Part shown: positions 8,581 through 17,906 of the stretch, in pieces | How positions within the stretch are numbered: the first letter of the stretch is position 1 | Layout of the letters: each line of letters opens with the position of its first letter | Assembly (NCBI GenBank): GCA_020854145.1 | Contig: JADZFZ010001118.1 | Location: 14,067-78,066, forward strand | DNA length: 64,000 nt | Direction: 5' to 3' | Source of the DNA: Deltaproteobacteria bacterium | GTDB lineage: Bacteria; Myxococcota_A; Polyangia; Polyangiales; JADZFZ01 | The notes under the pieces: model-generated | Told to the model about the DNA's origin: nothing | Databases searched by the model: none | Seen by the model: the letters and a program-made list of their open reading frames with translations, nothing else | Position numbers and translations under genes: made by a program

Positions 8581-9005
8581 CGGATGCGTCTCTCTTCCTC
8601 GGCCGGCGCGGCCGGTCGGTCCTCGTCTCGTGCCAGTTCGGTCGCCGAGACGCGCGCCGCTGCGGCGACCTCGACCCACGCCTCGGCGCGCCGCTCCCAG
8701 CGACGACGGCCGCCCTCGGCCGTGAGCACCACCGCGCCCAGGCCCGCGGCGTCCGCTGCAGCGATCCCCGCCCGTGCGCCGGCCTCGGCACCCCGGTCGT
8801 ACAGGTCGCGCGCGGTGACGGCGACCTCGCGCGCACCGGGCGACACGGCGGTCGGCGACACGTCGCCGTGATCGAGCACGACGACGGTCTCGCCGCGCTG
8901 CCGTGCCGCACGCCACGCCGAGGCGATGGTCTCGACCTCGGCGCGCACGTCGGACTCTGCCGAGTCGATGCCGCCCGCGTGGCGTCGCTCTACACGGAAC
9001 CGCAT
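8577..9005 (-). CDS. Hypothetical protein (142 aa), possible fibre assembly factor
   Basis: ATG 9005 overlaps the stop of the large fibre gene (ATGA). Only the last 142 codons of the 317-aa track ORF look protein-like. Confidence 0.45.
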   Translation of the reverse strand: MRFRVERRHAGGIDSAESDVRAEVETIASAWRAARQRGETVVVLDHGDVSPTAVSPGAREVAVTARDLYDRGAEAGARAGIAAADAAGLGAVVLTAEGGRRRWERRAEAWVEVAAAARVSATELARDEDRPAAPAEEERRIR

Positions 9006-12000
9006 CAGACGCTCTCTTTCAGCGCGATGTCTCCCAGCATGTATCGGGTCACGGTGTCGACCTCGGCCTGCGTGAGCTCCGACGTGTAGACGACCGCGTC
9101 GGAGATGTCGGCGCCGCCGTACGCGTAGCCCGCGTGCGACATCGACACGCCGACGCAGAATCGGCCGTTCGTCACCCCGTCGGGCAGCGTGAGCGCGCCC
9201 GACGTCCCCATCAGCACACCGTCGCGGTAGACCTTGACCACGCCCCCGCTGGAACGGGTGAACCCGAGCACGAAGCCCCTGCCAACGGCCTGGCAAAGCT
9301 CCGTCGTCTCGAATCGCCGCTGTGTCGGGCCCGCGCCCGAATACCACTCGACGATCACGCTCGCCGAGTAGCCGAACATCATGCGCCAAGCGGTGTTGTT
9401 CGCGCCGCCGGCCGCGTCGCTCGCACCACACTCCATGAGCACGCGATTGACCTGGTCGACCGTCGCGCGAACATCGGTGATCGGATTCACCCGGCAGAAC
9501 GCGGACATCGCGCCCGTGAGCTGGGCCCACCCCGAGTTACCCGACGTGAGCTGTAGGCCGTCGCCGTATGCGGTGACGAGCGTGCGCCACGCGCGTTTGC
9601 TCGGCGTCGGGCCCTGGCAGTAGCGATTCGTCGCGCCGCCCGCGAGCGCCAAGGTCGTGCGGCCCGAGCCCGACGAGTCCGCCAGGGAATTGTCGAGCGA
9701 ATAGAGGGCCGTCGGCGTAGGGGACGACAGCGGCGGTGAACGAGGTAGCAGGGCGTCGGCGTGCAGCGGGCACACGAACGCCCAGATCGTCGTGTTGCTC
9801 GACGCCGCGCCGAGGGCGATCCCCAGCGGCGCCCCACGGAGCGTGGCCGATCCGGTGAGGCCCCACGCATTCGCCGCCGTCGTGCTCGTGATAAGCGTGT
9901 CGCCGCGCGCGATGTTCACGTTGTCGGTCGTGCGGACGTTGACCTTGCAGACGCCGAATTGGCAGACCCAGACCGTCGCCTCGGCGGCACCCCCAATCAC
10001 CACGACGCCGAGAGGGCGCACGCCTGCGGTCGTCGTCGTCGTGCAGGCCTGGTCTGTCGCGCTCGTGTAGGGCACGACGACGTCGCCGGGATTGAGCGTG
10101 CCCCCCGACTTGTTCACGTAGGGCACGCAGATCGGGGCCGAGCGCGAAACAGCCGCGCCGAACTTCACCGCTCCCTGACGCCCCGTGCCCGTCGGAGTGC
10201 CAAGCAAGACCTCGATGTCGGATGCGTCGACGTTCCCGCCCGTGCCGGCGTTCTGCGTCTCGATCCGCACGCCACCGGCCGCCCCACCCGTGCTCGAGCC
10301 ATTGCCGCCCGCTCCGCTTTTCAGGATCGCCTGTCCGCCCGCGCCGCCCGTCGCCCCAGAGGCGCCGTTGCCGGCCACCGTCTGCCCCACGCCACCGGCG
10401 CCACCGGTGCCGGACGACGAAGCGCCGCCGGCACCACCCAGGACGCTCGCTTGACCGCCGATGCCCCCCGTGCCGGCGCCCGACGTGGCGCCTCCGGCGC
10501 CACCATTCACGGCGCCCGAGGCGCCAGCACCACCGGCGCCCGACGATGTGTTAGCCCCCCCCGGTCCGGCGGTGACAGCCGCGGTGCCGCCCGTGCCGGC
10601 GGTCTGCGAGGTGTTGGACGCACCCCCGTTGCCGCCAAAGTAGGAGACCGAACCCCCGTTGCCTCCGGACGCCGAGGCGCCAGCGGCGCCACCGGTGCCG
10701 CCGCTGACAATGAGCACTCCGCCCTGCCGACCGGCCTGCGTACCGGCCGCTGCGGCGCCATCGCCGCCGACCCACGTCAGTCCCCCGCCGATGCCGCCTG
10801 CTCGGTTATTGCCAGCGTCCCCCGCGCCCCCGGCTCCCTGCGTGACGACGATCCCGCCCCCGGCGCCACCACTTTGGGCCGAACTCGCCGCGCCTCCGAT
10901 GCCGGTCACGATCGCCAATTGACCGCCCGCGCCCCCCGCTGCGCCCGCGGTCGCCGCTCCCCCCGCGCTGGTCGTGAGGGTCAGCGGCGCACCGGCCGTC
11001 GCTGCCGCTCCCGCCCCGCCCGTCAGAGCGACCGCGGCGAGGCTCGAGACAACCAGCGCGGCAGTGCCCGACGGGCTCACACGCAGCAGATCGCCCGTCG
11101 CACCGGCCGACGACTCGATCTCGACGGCGCGTCCGGTCGTCGTCGCGCCCATCGACACATAGAGGGCGCGACCCGCGCCGGCGAACGTGCGATAGAGCTG
11201 CAGCAGATCGGTCGCGTCTGCGCTGTTGCGGAGGATGATGGCGCCGTCGGCTGACGTGATCGGCACGTCGTTGTCGCCGCCGTCCTCGTAGACCGATTGC
11301 AGCGACGGGGCGGCCGCGCCCGCTCCGCTCGTGCCCGCGATGCGCGTCCACGCGGTAGACGGGCTGTCGGCGCTCTTGACCCACAGTCGCCCCTGGCGAT
11401 CGAGCGCGAGGGATCCCGCGTTGGGGCCAGCGATCCCGTTCGGGTCGCCGTCCACGATCATCACGTCGACGGAACCCGTCACGAGCGACGCGGGATTGAT
11501 GCGGTAGCCGATCCCGTAGTTGCCGCCCTGCGCCGGGTCGACCATCGCGGGCACGGCCTGATAGACCGCCGGGCGTGCAGTGCCCGCAGCCGTCGCCGTC
11601 ACCGCGGGCGCCGTCGCCGTCGCGAGCGAGCTACCACCGACCGAGAGGAGCGAGAGCGCGTCGCTCGCGGCCGTGTAGGCGCTGTCGTTGATCTCGACCG
11701 GCCCGTCGGCGTCGGTCGCCGCGATTACTTCGCCAGCGTCGTAGGCGGTCTGCAGCGTAGCGCCGCCGCTGTCGACGCGATTCCAGACCGTCGACGGGCT
11801 GTCGCCAGCCTTGATGTAGAGCCGCTTGTTCGTGAGGTCGGCGGCGAGCGAGCCTGCGGTCGCAGCGGCAAGCTGCCCGTTCGGGTCGCCCTCGACGAGG
11901 ATGAGCGACCACGGCACCACCGCGCTCGCGGGCGACACCGAGAGCACCGTCGCGACGTCGCGCGTGCCCTCCGTGCCTCCGGGCGGGATGAGCGAGAGCG

Positions 12001-13024
12001 CGTCCGACTGCACCTGGACGAGCGTCGTCGCAGAGCTACCGGCGATGATCTGCCGAGCCGTCGACGCTCCGAGGTAGATGCGGCCCGCGAGCCCGGAGCC
12101 GCTCTTCGCGCCTGCGTCGAGCGTGAGATCCGCGCCAGCGGTGTTGCCCGTGCCACCCGCGCCCGCCGTGATCGCCACGGGCTCGCCAGGGAGTCCCGCA
12201 CCGCCCGTGCCGCCGACGAGCGTGATCTGCCCGTCGGTGTCGATGTCGAGCACGTTGACCGCGCCAATCGTCACGCGCGGCCGGTGCTCGTGGTCGGCCC
12301 GTGCGGGCCCGGTCGCTGCGCCTGCGGCCGATGCGCCCGCGCCGAGCTGCGCGGGCGACGCGGGAGCTGCGACCGAGTGTGTGTGATCGGCGCGCGCGAA
12401 CGATGTCGAGGCGCCCTCCGCGGCGCTGTCCCCGATCAGGATCGCGCCCGCCGCCGCTGCCGCAATCGCGTGCCGGTGATCGACGCGCGAGGCCTCGGCG
12501 CTGACGCCGGCGCTCGCCGTGGCGTCCGGCTCGATCGTGACCGGCAGGGTCGCGCCGACCGAGGCGCCGCCCGCCGCGCCGGTGATCGTGACGTCGACCT
12601 CACCGCCAGCCCCGTCGTCGGCCACCGTGAGCGTGATGTTGGCTCCCTCGATGAGGTTCAGCCGTCGACGCGTTCCGACGTCCGCCCCGTTCTTCCGCAC
12701 CGTGAGGCCGAGCCAGTCGACCGTGATGTCGACTTCGTTGTCGGCGGGGTCGTCGACGACCGTGAAGTCGATCCCGGAGCCCTCGATCAGATTCAGCCGC
12801 GGGCGCGACCCGACGTTCGCGCCTCCATTGACGCGGATCGCGACGGTCGAGCTGCCCCCGATGATGGCCGCCTGCAGCTCGAGGATCGCCGTGACGACGT
12901 TGTTCCAGACGTACGCCGGCACCTCATAATCAGGCGACGGCACCCCGCGACCCGGCGCGTTTTGCTTGATGCGCCCGAGCCCCTTCGCGAGGTCGTCGCT
13001 CCGCTCCCATTGTCCGAGCGTCAT
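9005..13024 (-). CDS. Large tail fibre (1339 aa) with Gly-rich central block and C-terminal LamG domain
   Basis: Repeated N-terminal fibre modules (RPRLNLIEGSGIDFTV / RRRLNLIEGANITLTV) and DH-x-H motifs (SRVDHRHA, ARADHTHS, ARADHEHR). Gly/Ala-rich ~260 aa. LamG-like C-terminus (AFCRVNP...KVYRDGVLMG...AVVYTSELTQAEV). Confidence 0.85.
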   Translation of the reverse strand: MTLGQWERSDDLAKGLGRIKQNAPGRGVPSPDYEVPAYVWNNVVTAILELQAAIIGGSSTVAIRVNGGANVGSRPRLNLIEGSGIDFTVVDDPADNEVDITVDWLGLTVRKNGADVGTRRRLNLIEGANITLTVADDGAGGEVDVTITGAAGGASVGATLPVTIEPDATASAGVSAEASRVDHRHAIAAAAAGAILIGDSAAEGASTSFARADHTHSVAAPASPAQLGAGASAAGAATGPARADHEHRPRVTIGAVNVLDIDTDGQITLVGGTGGAGLPGEPVAITAGAGGTGNTAGADLTLDAGAKSGSGLAGRIYLGASTARQIIAGSSATTLVQVQSDALSLIPPGGTEGTRDVATVLSVSPASAVVPWSLILVEGDPNGQLAAATAGSLAADLTNKRLYIKAGDSPSTVWNRVDSGGATLQTAYDAGEVIAATDADGPVEINDSAYTAASDALSLLSVGGSSLATATAPAVTATAAGTARPAVYQAVPAMVDPAQGGNYGIGYRINPASLVTGSVDVMIVDGDPNGIAGPNAGSLALDRQGRLWVKSADSPSTAWTRIAGTSGAGAAAPSLQSVYEDGGDNDVPITSADGAIILRNSADATDLLQLYRTFAGAGRALYVSMGATTTGRAVEIESSAGATGDLLRVSPSGTAALVVSSLAAVALTGGAGAAATAGAPLTLTTSAGGAATAGAAGGAGGQLAIVTGIGGAASSAQSGGAGGGIVVTQGAGGAGDAGNNRAGGIGGGLTWVGGDGAAAAGTQAGRQGGVLIVSGGTGGAAGASASGGNGGSVSYFGGNGGASNTSQTAGTGGTAAVTAGPGGANTSSGAGGAGASGAVNGGAGGATSGAGTGGIGGQASVLGGAGGASSSGTGGAGGVGQTVAGNGASGATGGAGGQAILKSGAGGNGSSTGGAAGGVRIETQNAGTGGNVDASDIEVLLGTPTGTGRQGAVKFGAAVSRSAPICVPYVNKSGGTLNPGDVVVPYTSATDQACTTTTTAGVRPLGVVVIGGAAEATVWVCQFGVCKVNVRTTDNVNIARGDTLITSTTAANAWGLTGSATLRGAPLGIALGAASSNTTIWAFVCPLHADALLPRSPPLSSPTPTALYSLDNSLADSSGSGRTTLALAGGATNRYCQGPTPSKRAWRTLVTAYGDGLQLTSGNSGWAQLTGAMSAFCRVNPITDVRATVDQVNRVLMECGASDAAGGANNTAWRMMFGYSASVIVEWYSGAGPTQRRFETTELCQAVGRGFVLGFTRSSGGVVKVYRDGVLMGTSGALTLPDGVTNGRFCVGVSMSHAGYAYGGADISDAVVYTSELTQAEVDTVTRYMLGDIALKESV

Positions 13025-14634
13025 GACGTCACGTGCTCGATGGTGAGGCGGCCCAGCACGAGGATCTCCTGTGCCGCGGGCTCGTCGCCGCTCGAGCTCG
13101 GCGCGACGACGACGACCTTCGCGGCGCCCTCGAGCGACGCGAGCGCGTTGTAGACGTGCGACGGATAGAGCTTGTGGTCTGGCCCGGTGCTCGGGTGCCG
13201 CGCGTACGTGACGCCACCCGTCGTAATGCCCGGCGTGAGCGCGTCGAAGAGCCCCTCGACGGCCTCGATGACGTCATCGCAGAGAGGCCCGCCCGGATGG
13301 ATCGTCAGCGGCGAGACGGGCGCAGCCGCCATCGCGACGACGTCGAGGTAGTACGGAGCCGCGCTCGCGTTGACCGCGAGCACCTCGACGTGTGCGAGAC
13401 GCGCGCGGCCCGCGACCGTGAGAGGCACGAGCACGCGGTCTCCGATCTCCACGGAGCTCGGCGCGGTCACGAGATAGATGCGGCTCGCCGTGCTCGCCGG
13501 CGCCGCTGCTATCGCGTTCGCCGACCAGGCACCGTCGGGCTCGTAGCCGACGCGCGGCAGGAGCTGCAGCGTGATCGGGGTCGGAGTCGCCTTGTACGTC
13601 GGCACCTTGACGGTGACGTCGTCGGCGAAGCCCGCGACCGTCGCGAGGTGCGTCGCCACCGCGGCCCGCGTCGTCTCGGTCGGCTGCCGTTCGCCCGTCG
13701 GCCCCCAGAGCACGACGTCGACGGTGCCCAGGCCGCGGAAGCCGGCGTACACGAACGCGTCGGCGATGCGCACGCCGGGCGTCTCCCGAGCCCACGAGCG
13801 GAAGTCCTCGGGGTTGCCCGAGCCGGGTCGGTTCGCCATGTAGGCGCGGACGCGGTCGCGGAGCTCGTCGTCGGTCTCGAGATCGCCACCGCCTGACAGC
13901 TCCTGCACGTAGGTCGCGGCCTGGAAGTCGTTCGGTGACGCGCCCGCGGGCGACGCGAGCGTCAGCGTGTCGCCGACGACCTTGTTGCCCGCAGCCTCCG
14001 CATCGTCGGCCTGCACAAGCGCGACGACTCCCCGACGCGCGGTGATCGCGGCGCCGGGGAGCGGGGACTGATTCAGGGGGTGATAGAGGTCGATCGCGTT
14101 GACGCTGCTGATCACCTCTCGAATGGCACGGGGCACGCCCGAGATGTCGAGCACGTCGCCGGCCGCCATCGTCGAGACGTCGGGATTGACGACGATGCGC
14201 GTCGGCGTCGAGCCGTAACCGACCGTCTTGCCGGTCCACGCCGGTTTCGCGCTCGTCGCGTCGGCCGTCGTGGTGTAGCCGCGACCGTCAGCGTGCGTGA
14301 GCACGGAGCCCGACGATTGCGTCGTGTTGGCGTTCGATGCTGGCGTCTCGTCGAAGACGAGCAGCACGCGACCCGAGGCGCGCGTCGGCTGCAATCGGCT
14401 CAGCCCGCGGATGGCTGCGTGCAGCTCGAGGAAGGCGGCCTCGGCCGTGCTCGGGAGCACCTGGTCGGCGATGTACAGGCCTCGACGTTGCGAGCCTTGT
14501 GCGACGATCGCGACCGCGCGCGCGAGCAGGTCATAGTCGCTCCCGGGCGAGACGTCCGCGCCGGTGATCCGGGTACGAATCCCGTCGAGCACGAGCGCGT
14601 GCAGCTCGTCGAACGTGAGCGTCTCGAGAGCCAT
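13021..14634 (-). CDS. Baseplate J-like protein (Mu gp47 / P2 gpJ family)
   Basis: The N-terminus MALETLTFDELHALVLDGIRTRITGADVSPGSDYDLLARAVA... is typical of Baseplate_J. Position follows the gp46-like gene. Confidence 0.85.
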   Translation of the reverse strand: MALETLTFDELHALVLDGIRTRITGADVSPGSDYDLLARAVAIVAQGSQRRGLYIADQVLPSTAEAAFLELHAAIRGLSRLQPTRASGRVLLVFDETPASNANTTQSSGSVLTHADGRGYTTTADATSAKPAWTGKTVGYGSTPTRIVVNPDVSTMAAGDVLDISGVPRAIREVISSVNAIDLYHPLNQSPLPGAAITARRGVVALVQADDAEAAGNKVVGDTLTLASPAGASPNDFQAATYVQELSGGGDLETDDELRDRVRAYMANRPGSGNPEDFRSWARETPGVRIADAFVYAGFRGLGTVDVVLWGPTGERQPTETTRAAVATHLATVAGFADDVTVKVPTYKATPTPITLQLLPRVGYEPDGAWSANAIAAAPASTASRIYLVTAPSSVEIGDRVLVPLTVAGRARLAHVEVLAVNASAAPYYLDVVAMAAAPVSPLTIHPGGPLCDDVIEAVEGLFDALTPGITTGGVTYARHPSTGPDHKLYPSHVYNALASLEGAAKVVVVAPSSSGDEPAAQEILVLGRLTIEHVTS

Positions 14635-14635
14635 G

Positions 14636-15010
14636 TCACCTCACGCGATGCGTGTAACGGACGGTCTGCGTCGAGCCACCGCGGTCGCGGAAGCTGGCCT
14701 CGACGAGGAGCGCGCCGCGAGACCGATCGGCCGTCGCCTTCGAGGCGAGGTCGCGGATGCGACGCGATGCGACGAGATCGGCGAGGGCCTCGCGGATGTA
14801 GTGGGCGGCCTGACGCTCGACGCCGCGGCCGAGCTTGCGGATCGTGTGAAGGCGCGAGCCGAAGGTGGTGAGGGTGGGGATCGAGCCGCGGCGCGTCGCG
14901 ATCCGTCGGAGCACGTCGGTCGCGAGCGTCGGGTCGCCCTTCGGCGCGCCATGCTCGAGCACGAAGTCGAGCGTCTCGGGATCGGCGTAGCGGCGAATCG
15001 CGAGCGCCAT
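14636..15010 (-). CDS. Baseplate protein, Mu gp46-like
   Basis: 124 aa with the GP46 pattern (DFVLEHG...DVLRRIATRRGS...GSRLHTIRK). Synteny between the gp45-like and gp47-like genes. Confidence 0.8.
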   Translation of the reverse strand: MALAIRRYADPETLDFVLEHGAPKGDPTLATDVLRRIATRRGSIPTLTTFGSRLHTIRKLGRGVERQAAHYIREALADLVASRRIRDLASKATADRSRGALLVEASFRDRGGSTQTVRYTHRVR

Positions 15011-15594
15011 CAGGTAGGTACTCCGAGCTTGCTCGAGCCGGCCGTCGCCATGGTCGCGATCGAAGCTGCGTCGGGAGGCGCCCCTGCACTCGCGTGGGTG
15101 TGCGCGTTGAACGCGTCGCGGACCTTCTCCCAGATCGCCGCAGAGAACCCACCTGGCTCGACGCGCACGAAGCTGGACGCATCGAGGAGCACCTGCGTCG
15201 CTTCGATCTTCACGACGCCCGAGGGCTGCAGCCGGATCACCGCCTGCGTCGCACCGTCGCGACCGAGCGCGTGCACTGCGACCTCACCCTCGATGACCGA
15301 CACTTGGAAGCGCAGGTCGCGCGACGCGACGCCGACGAGCTCGTCGCCCGGACGCAGGATGAGGACCTCGGCACTCCTAGTCTGACCGCCGCTCGCCGTC
15401 GGCGCTTTCGGCCGCGATTGCAGGCCGGCGACGCCCCAGACCTCGCAGTCAGGCGCTTCCTCGTTGCCCTCGCTCCCCTCGGTGCCGCGCAGCGTCGCGA
15501 GCACGGAGTTGCCCGAGGTGAGCCGGCTCGAACGCACGCGCGCGAAGTCGAAGAGCCCCCCGAACGCGCGCTCGACGTCGGACCATCCCAGCAT
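15010..15594 (-). CDS. Baseplate assembly/spike protein, Mu gp45 / gpV-like
   Basis: 194 aa. Pattern EVWGVAGLQSRP...EVLILRPGDELVGV. Synteny. Confidence 0.7.
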   Translation of the reverse strand: MLGWSDVERAFGGLFDFARVRSSRLTSGNSVLATLRGTEGSEGNEEAPDCEVWGVAGLQSRPKAPTASGGQTRSAEVLILRPGDELVGVASRDLRFQVSVIEGEVAVHALGRDGATQAVIRLQPSGVVKIEATQVLLDASSFVRVEPGGFSAAIWEKVRDAFNAHTHASAGAPPDAASIATMATAGSSKLGVPT

Positions 15595-15606
15595 GGCGCC
15601 TCGCTC

Positions 15607-16944
15607 TCACAGGACGATCGAGCCCTTCTCGACGAGCCCGAGCTCCGTGCGCGTGCCGTGCTCGCGGCTCTTCGTGAAGGTCCGGTCGGTGATGAAGTAC
15701 TCGCCTCGAATGCCGGCGATCTCGTCGTCCACAGCTGCGATCCGGTGCGTCGCATAGAGGGGGCCGGTGCCATCGCGCCGGCCCTGCCCGTGGTGAGAGA
15801 CCGTGTATCGGAGCACCAGCGCGTTCGCGCGGCCCTTCGCGAGCTCGCGCTTCGCTCGTCGCTCGGCCTCGGCCTGCGTGCGGATCTGATTGTCGTGCAC
15901 GATGAGCGGACGGTGGAGCCCGAGAGCGGTCATCTCGGGATCTTCGACGCTTGCCTGCACGGACGCGCGCTCGAGGTCATCGCCTCGCGTGCGTCCGTAG
16001 ACCGTGACCTTCGAGACGCGGTCGGCTGCGTTTCGTACGACCTCGCCAGAGAGGATGTTGTTCGGGTCGTTCGGGTCGCTGCGCTCCCGACGCACGAGTC
16101 GATAGAGCGCCTCCTGGTCGTAGCGGATCGAACCGAGAACGAGGCGCCCATCAGGCGCCATCCACATCAGGACGCCGAGCCGGCGCGCGTGCCGATCGAG
16201 GTACTCCCACACGCTCTCGCCGGCGCGCGGACGCGCCTCGCGCGTCGTGAGCCTCGCGATGTCGTCGGCGACGAGCCCCGACGCGCTCCCCGCTCGCGTG
16301 CGCGCATCGACCTCGGCCAGCGCGTACTCGGAGATCGGCGCTCGAGCGGCCTCCGCTGCGAGGCGCGCTCGACGCGAGAAGCGGTCCGACGGCAATCCGT
16401 GGGCGCGCGCCTGGCGCCCGCGTCGCCGCCCTGCATCGGTACCATCGCCCCGGCCCGTGAGAATGTCGCGCCCCACGGTGTCATCCGTCGCGACCGTCGT
16501 GAGTCGGTATGGGTCACCACTCCACGGTGAGATCGCAGCAGCGACGAGATCGACCAATCGAGTGCCCGCGCTGCGCAGGAGATCGACGGGAACGCTCGCA
16601 TCGACGAGCGCGCTCGCGAGGTCCCTGCCCTCGACCGAGAGCACCGTTCCGCCGCCGCGTTCGCCCGTGATCTTGAGGTCGTCGATGATCCCGGTGAGCT
16701 GCAGGCTCCCACGCTGGCGGATCGTCGCGCCGGTGCCGACGTCCGGCGAGCCGACGAAGAGCTCGATGCGCTTGCCGGGCGTGAGCCGGCGGCGCATGTC
16801 GTCGCGATCGAGGCGCGTCGATGCGCCCACCGACATGCGGAAGCCGTCCGCCGGTGTGAGCAGCTTCGAGTCGATCGAGTACTCGAGCCAGGTCCGGAGC
16901 GTGACGCCGTCGGCGACGAGCTCGACCTGGTCGCTGAAGCGCAT
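15607..16944 (-). CDS. Baseplate hub protein, Mu gp44 / P2 gpD-like (late control D family)
   Basis: 445 aa. The N-terminus MRFSDQVELVADGVTLRTWLEYSIDSKLLTPADGFRMSV fits the gpD family. Synteny. Confidence 0.8.
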   Translation of the reverse strand: MRFSDQVELVADGVTLRTWLEYSIDSKLLTPADGFRMSVGASTRLDRDDMRRRLTPGKRIELFVGSPDVGTGATIRQRGSLQLTGIIDDLKITGERGGGTVLSVEGRDLASALVDASVPVDLLRSAGTRLVDLVAAAISPWSGDPYRLTTVATDDTVGRDILTGRGDGTDAGRRRGRQARAHGLPSDRFSRRARLAAEAARAPISEYALAEVDARTRAGSASGLVADDIARLTTREARPRAGESVWEYLDRHARRLGVLMWMAPDGRLVLGSIRYDQEALYRLVRRERSDPNDPNNILSGEVVRNAADRVSKVTVYGRTRGDDLERASVQASVEDPEMTALGLHRPLIVHDNQIRTQAEAERRAKRELAKGRANALVLRYTVSHHGQGRRDGTGPLYATHRIAAVDDEIAGIRGEYFITDRTFTKSREHGTRTELGLVEKGSIVL

Positions 16945-17903
16945 CAGTCCTCGCGCACCACCCGGAGCACCGTGCCTCGCGGGATGAAGAGCGGATCCGG
17001 CACCACGTTGCGCGTGAGGATCTCCTCGGCGCGGAGGCTCGTGCGGTAGAGCTCGGCCGAGATCTCGTAGATGCTCATCATGTCGCGCACGTAGTAGTCG
17101 CCGATGGGCGGCGCCGTCCTGCGTGCAGCTTCGGCGACGTCGGTGACCGACGCGATGAGTCGCTCGGCCGAGTAGAGCAGCGACCAGTTTCTCGGCGACT
17201 GCGTCTCGGGGAGCGAGCGCACTGCGTCAATCCGGGAGCGGATCTCGTCGAGACGTGCCGCGACCTCGTCCTGCATGAGCGCGCCCTCGTCGAGCGCGCC
17301 GGTGAAGTCCGTCACGAGCGACGCAAAGACGTTGCCCGCGCTGAGATCGACGGGATCGGTGTCAGCCAACGGCACGCCGTAGGCCTCGAGCGTTGTGGCG
17401 ATGTCGTCCCCGTCGAGGCCTGCGTCGATGAGCGCGCTGTCGAGTTGCGTGGCGAGACGCGCCGAGGTGCCTTGCGCGTCGCTGTCGCGCATCGCGAGCG
17501 TGCCCTCGTCGAGCTCGGCCCGCTCGATCGTCAGCCGGAGTCGGCCCCCGTCTCGTTCGTCGGCCGTGGTCTCCCACGACCAGTCAGGGACGATGCACTG
17601 GATCGGACCGAACTCCGGGTCATCGAACTCGAAGTGGCCGCTCGACTCGGTGTCCTCGAGGAGCAGTCGAAGCGCATCCCACGTAGCGGGCCAGAGCTCG
17701 GTCGGCCACTCGACGCCGTTGAAGATCGGTGCCTCGATCTCGATGACGACGGGCTCCAGGCCCGTGTTCTCTCCAGCCTGACCGTCGCGGTACGCGTAGC
17801 GGTGGCGACCGTATGCGCGGCCGCCAGCAACGCGACGCGACGAGACCGGGAAGGTGATGCCATCGAGCGCGGCCTCCTGCAGCTCCTCCTCGAAGGTCGG
17901 CAC
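16944..17903 (-). CDS. DNA circulation protein-like tail protein (Mu gp43 family)
   Basis: The N-terminus LDGITFPVSSRRVAGGRAYGRHRYAYRDGQAGENTG matches the DNA_circ_N pattern. Follows the tape measure gene. Confidence 0.75.
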   Translation of the reverse strand: MPTFEEELQEAALDGITFPVSSRRVAGGRAYGRHRYAYRDGQAGENTGLEPVVIEIEAPIFNGVEWPTELWPATWDALRLLLEDTESSGHFEFDDPEFGPIQCIVPDWSWETTADERDGGRLRLTIERAELDEGTLAMRDSDAQGTSARLATQLDSALIDAGLDGDDIATTLEAYGVPLADTDPVDLSAGNVFASLVTDFTGALDEGALMQDEVAARLDEIRSRIDAVRSLPETQSPRNWSLLYSAERLIASVTDVAEAARRTAPPIGDYYVRDMMSIYEISAELYRTSLRAEEILTRNVVPDPLFIPRGTVLRVVRED

Positions 17904-17906
17904 AGG

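Noticed and set aside
9005-13024. Gly-rich block as a separate PE_PGRS/collagen-like gene
   Set aside because: It is continuous in frame with fibre N-terminal modules and a LamG C-terminus, with no Gly-X-Y periodicity. It is a fibre shaft segment.
13021-17903. Transposable Mu-like phage
   Set aside because: Only the tail/baseplate module (gp43-48 order) is Mu-like. There are no MuA/MuB-type transposase genes. The element has xis plus a tyrosine integrase next to a tRNA remnant, and a non-Mu head module.
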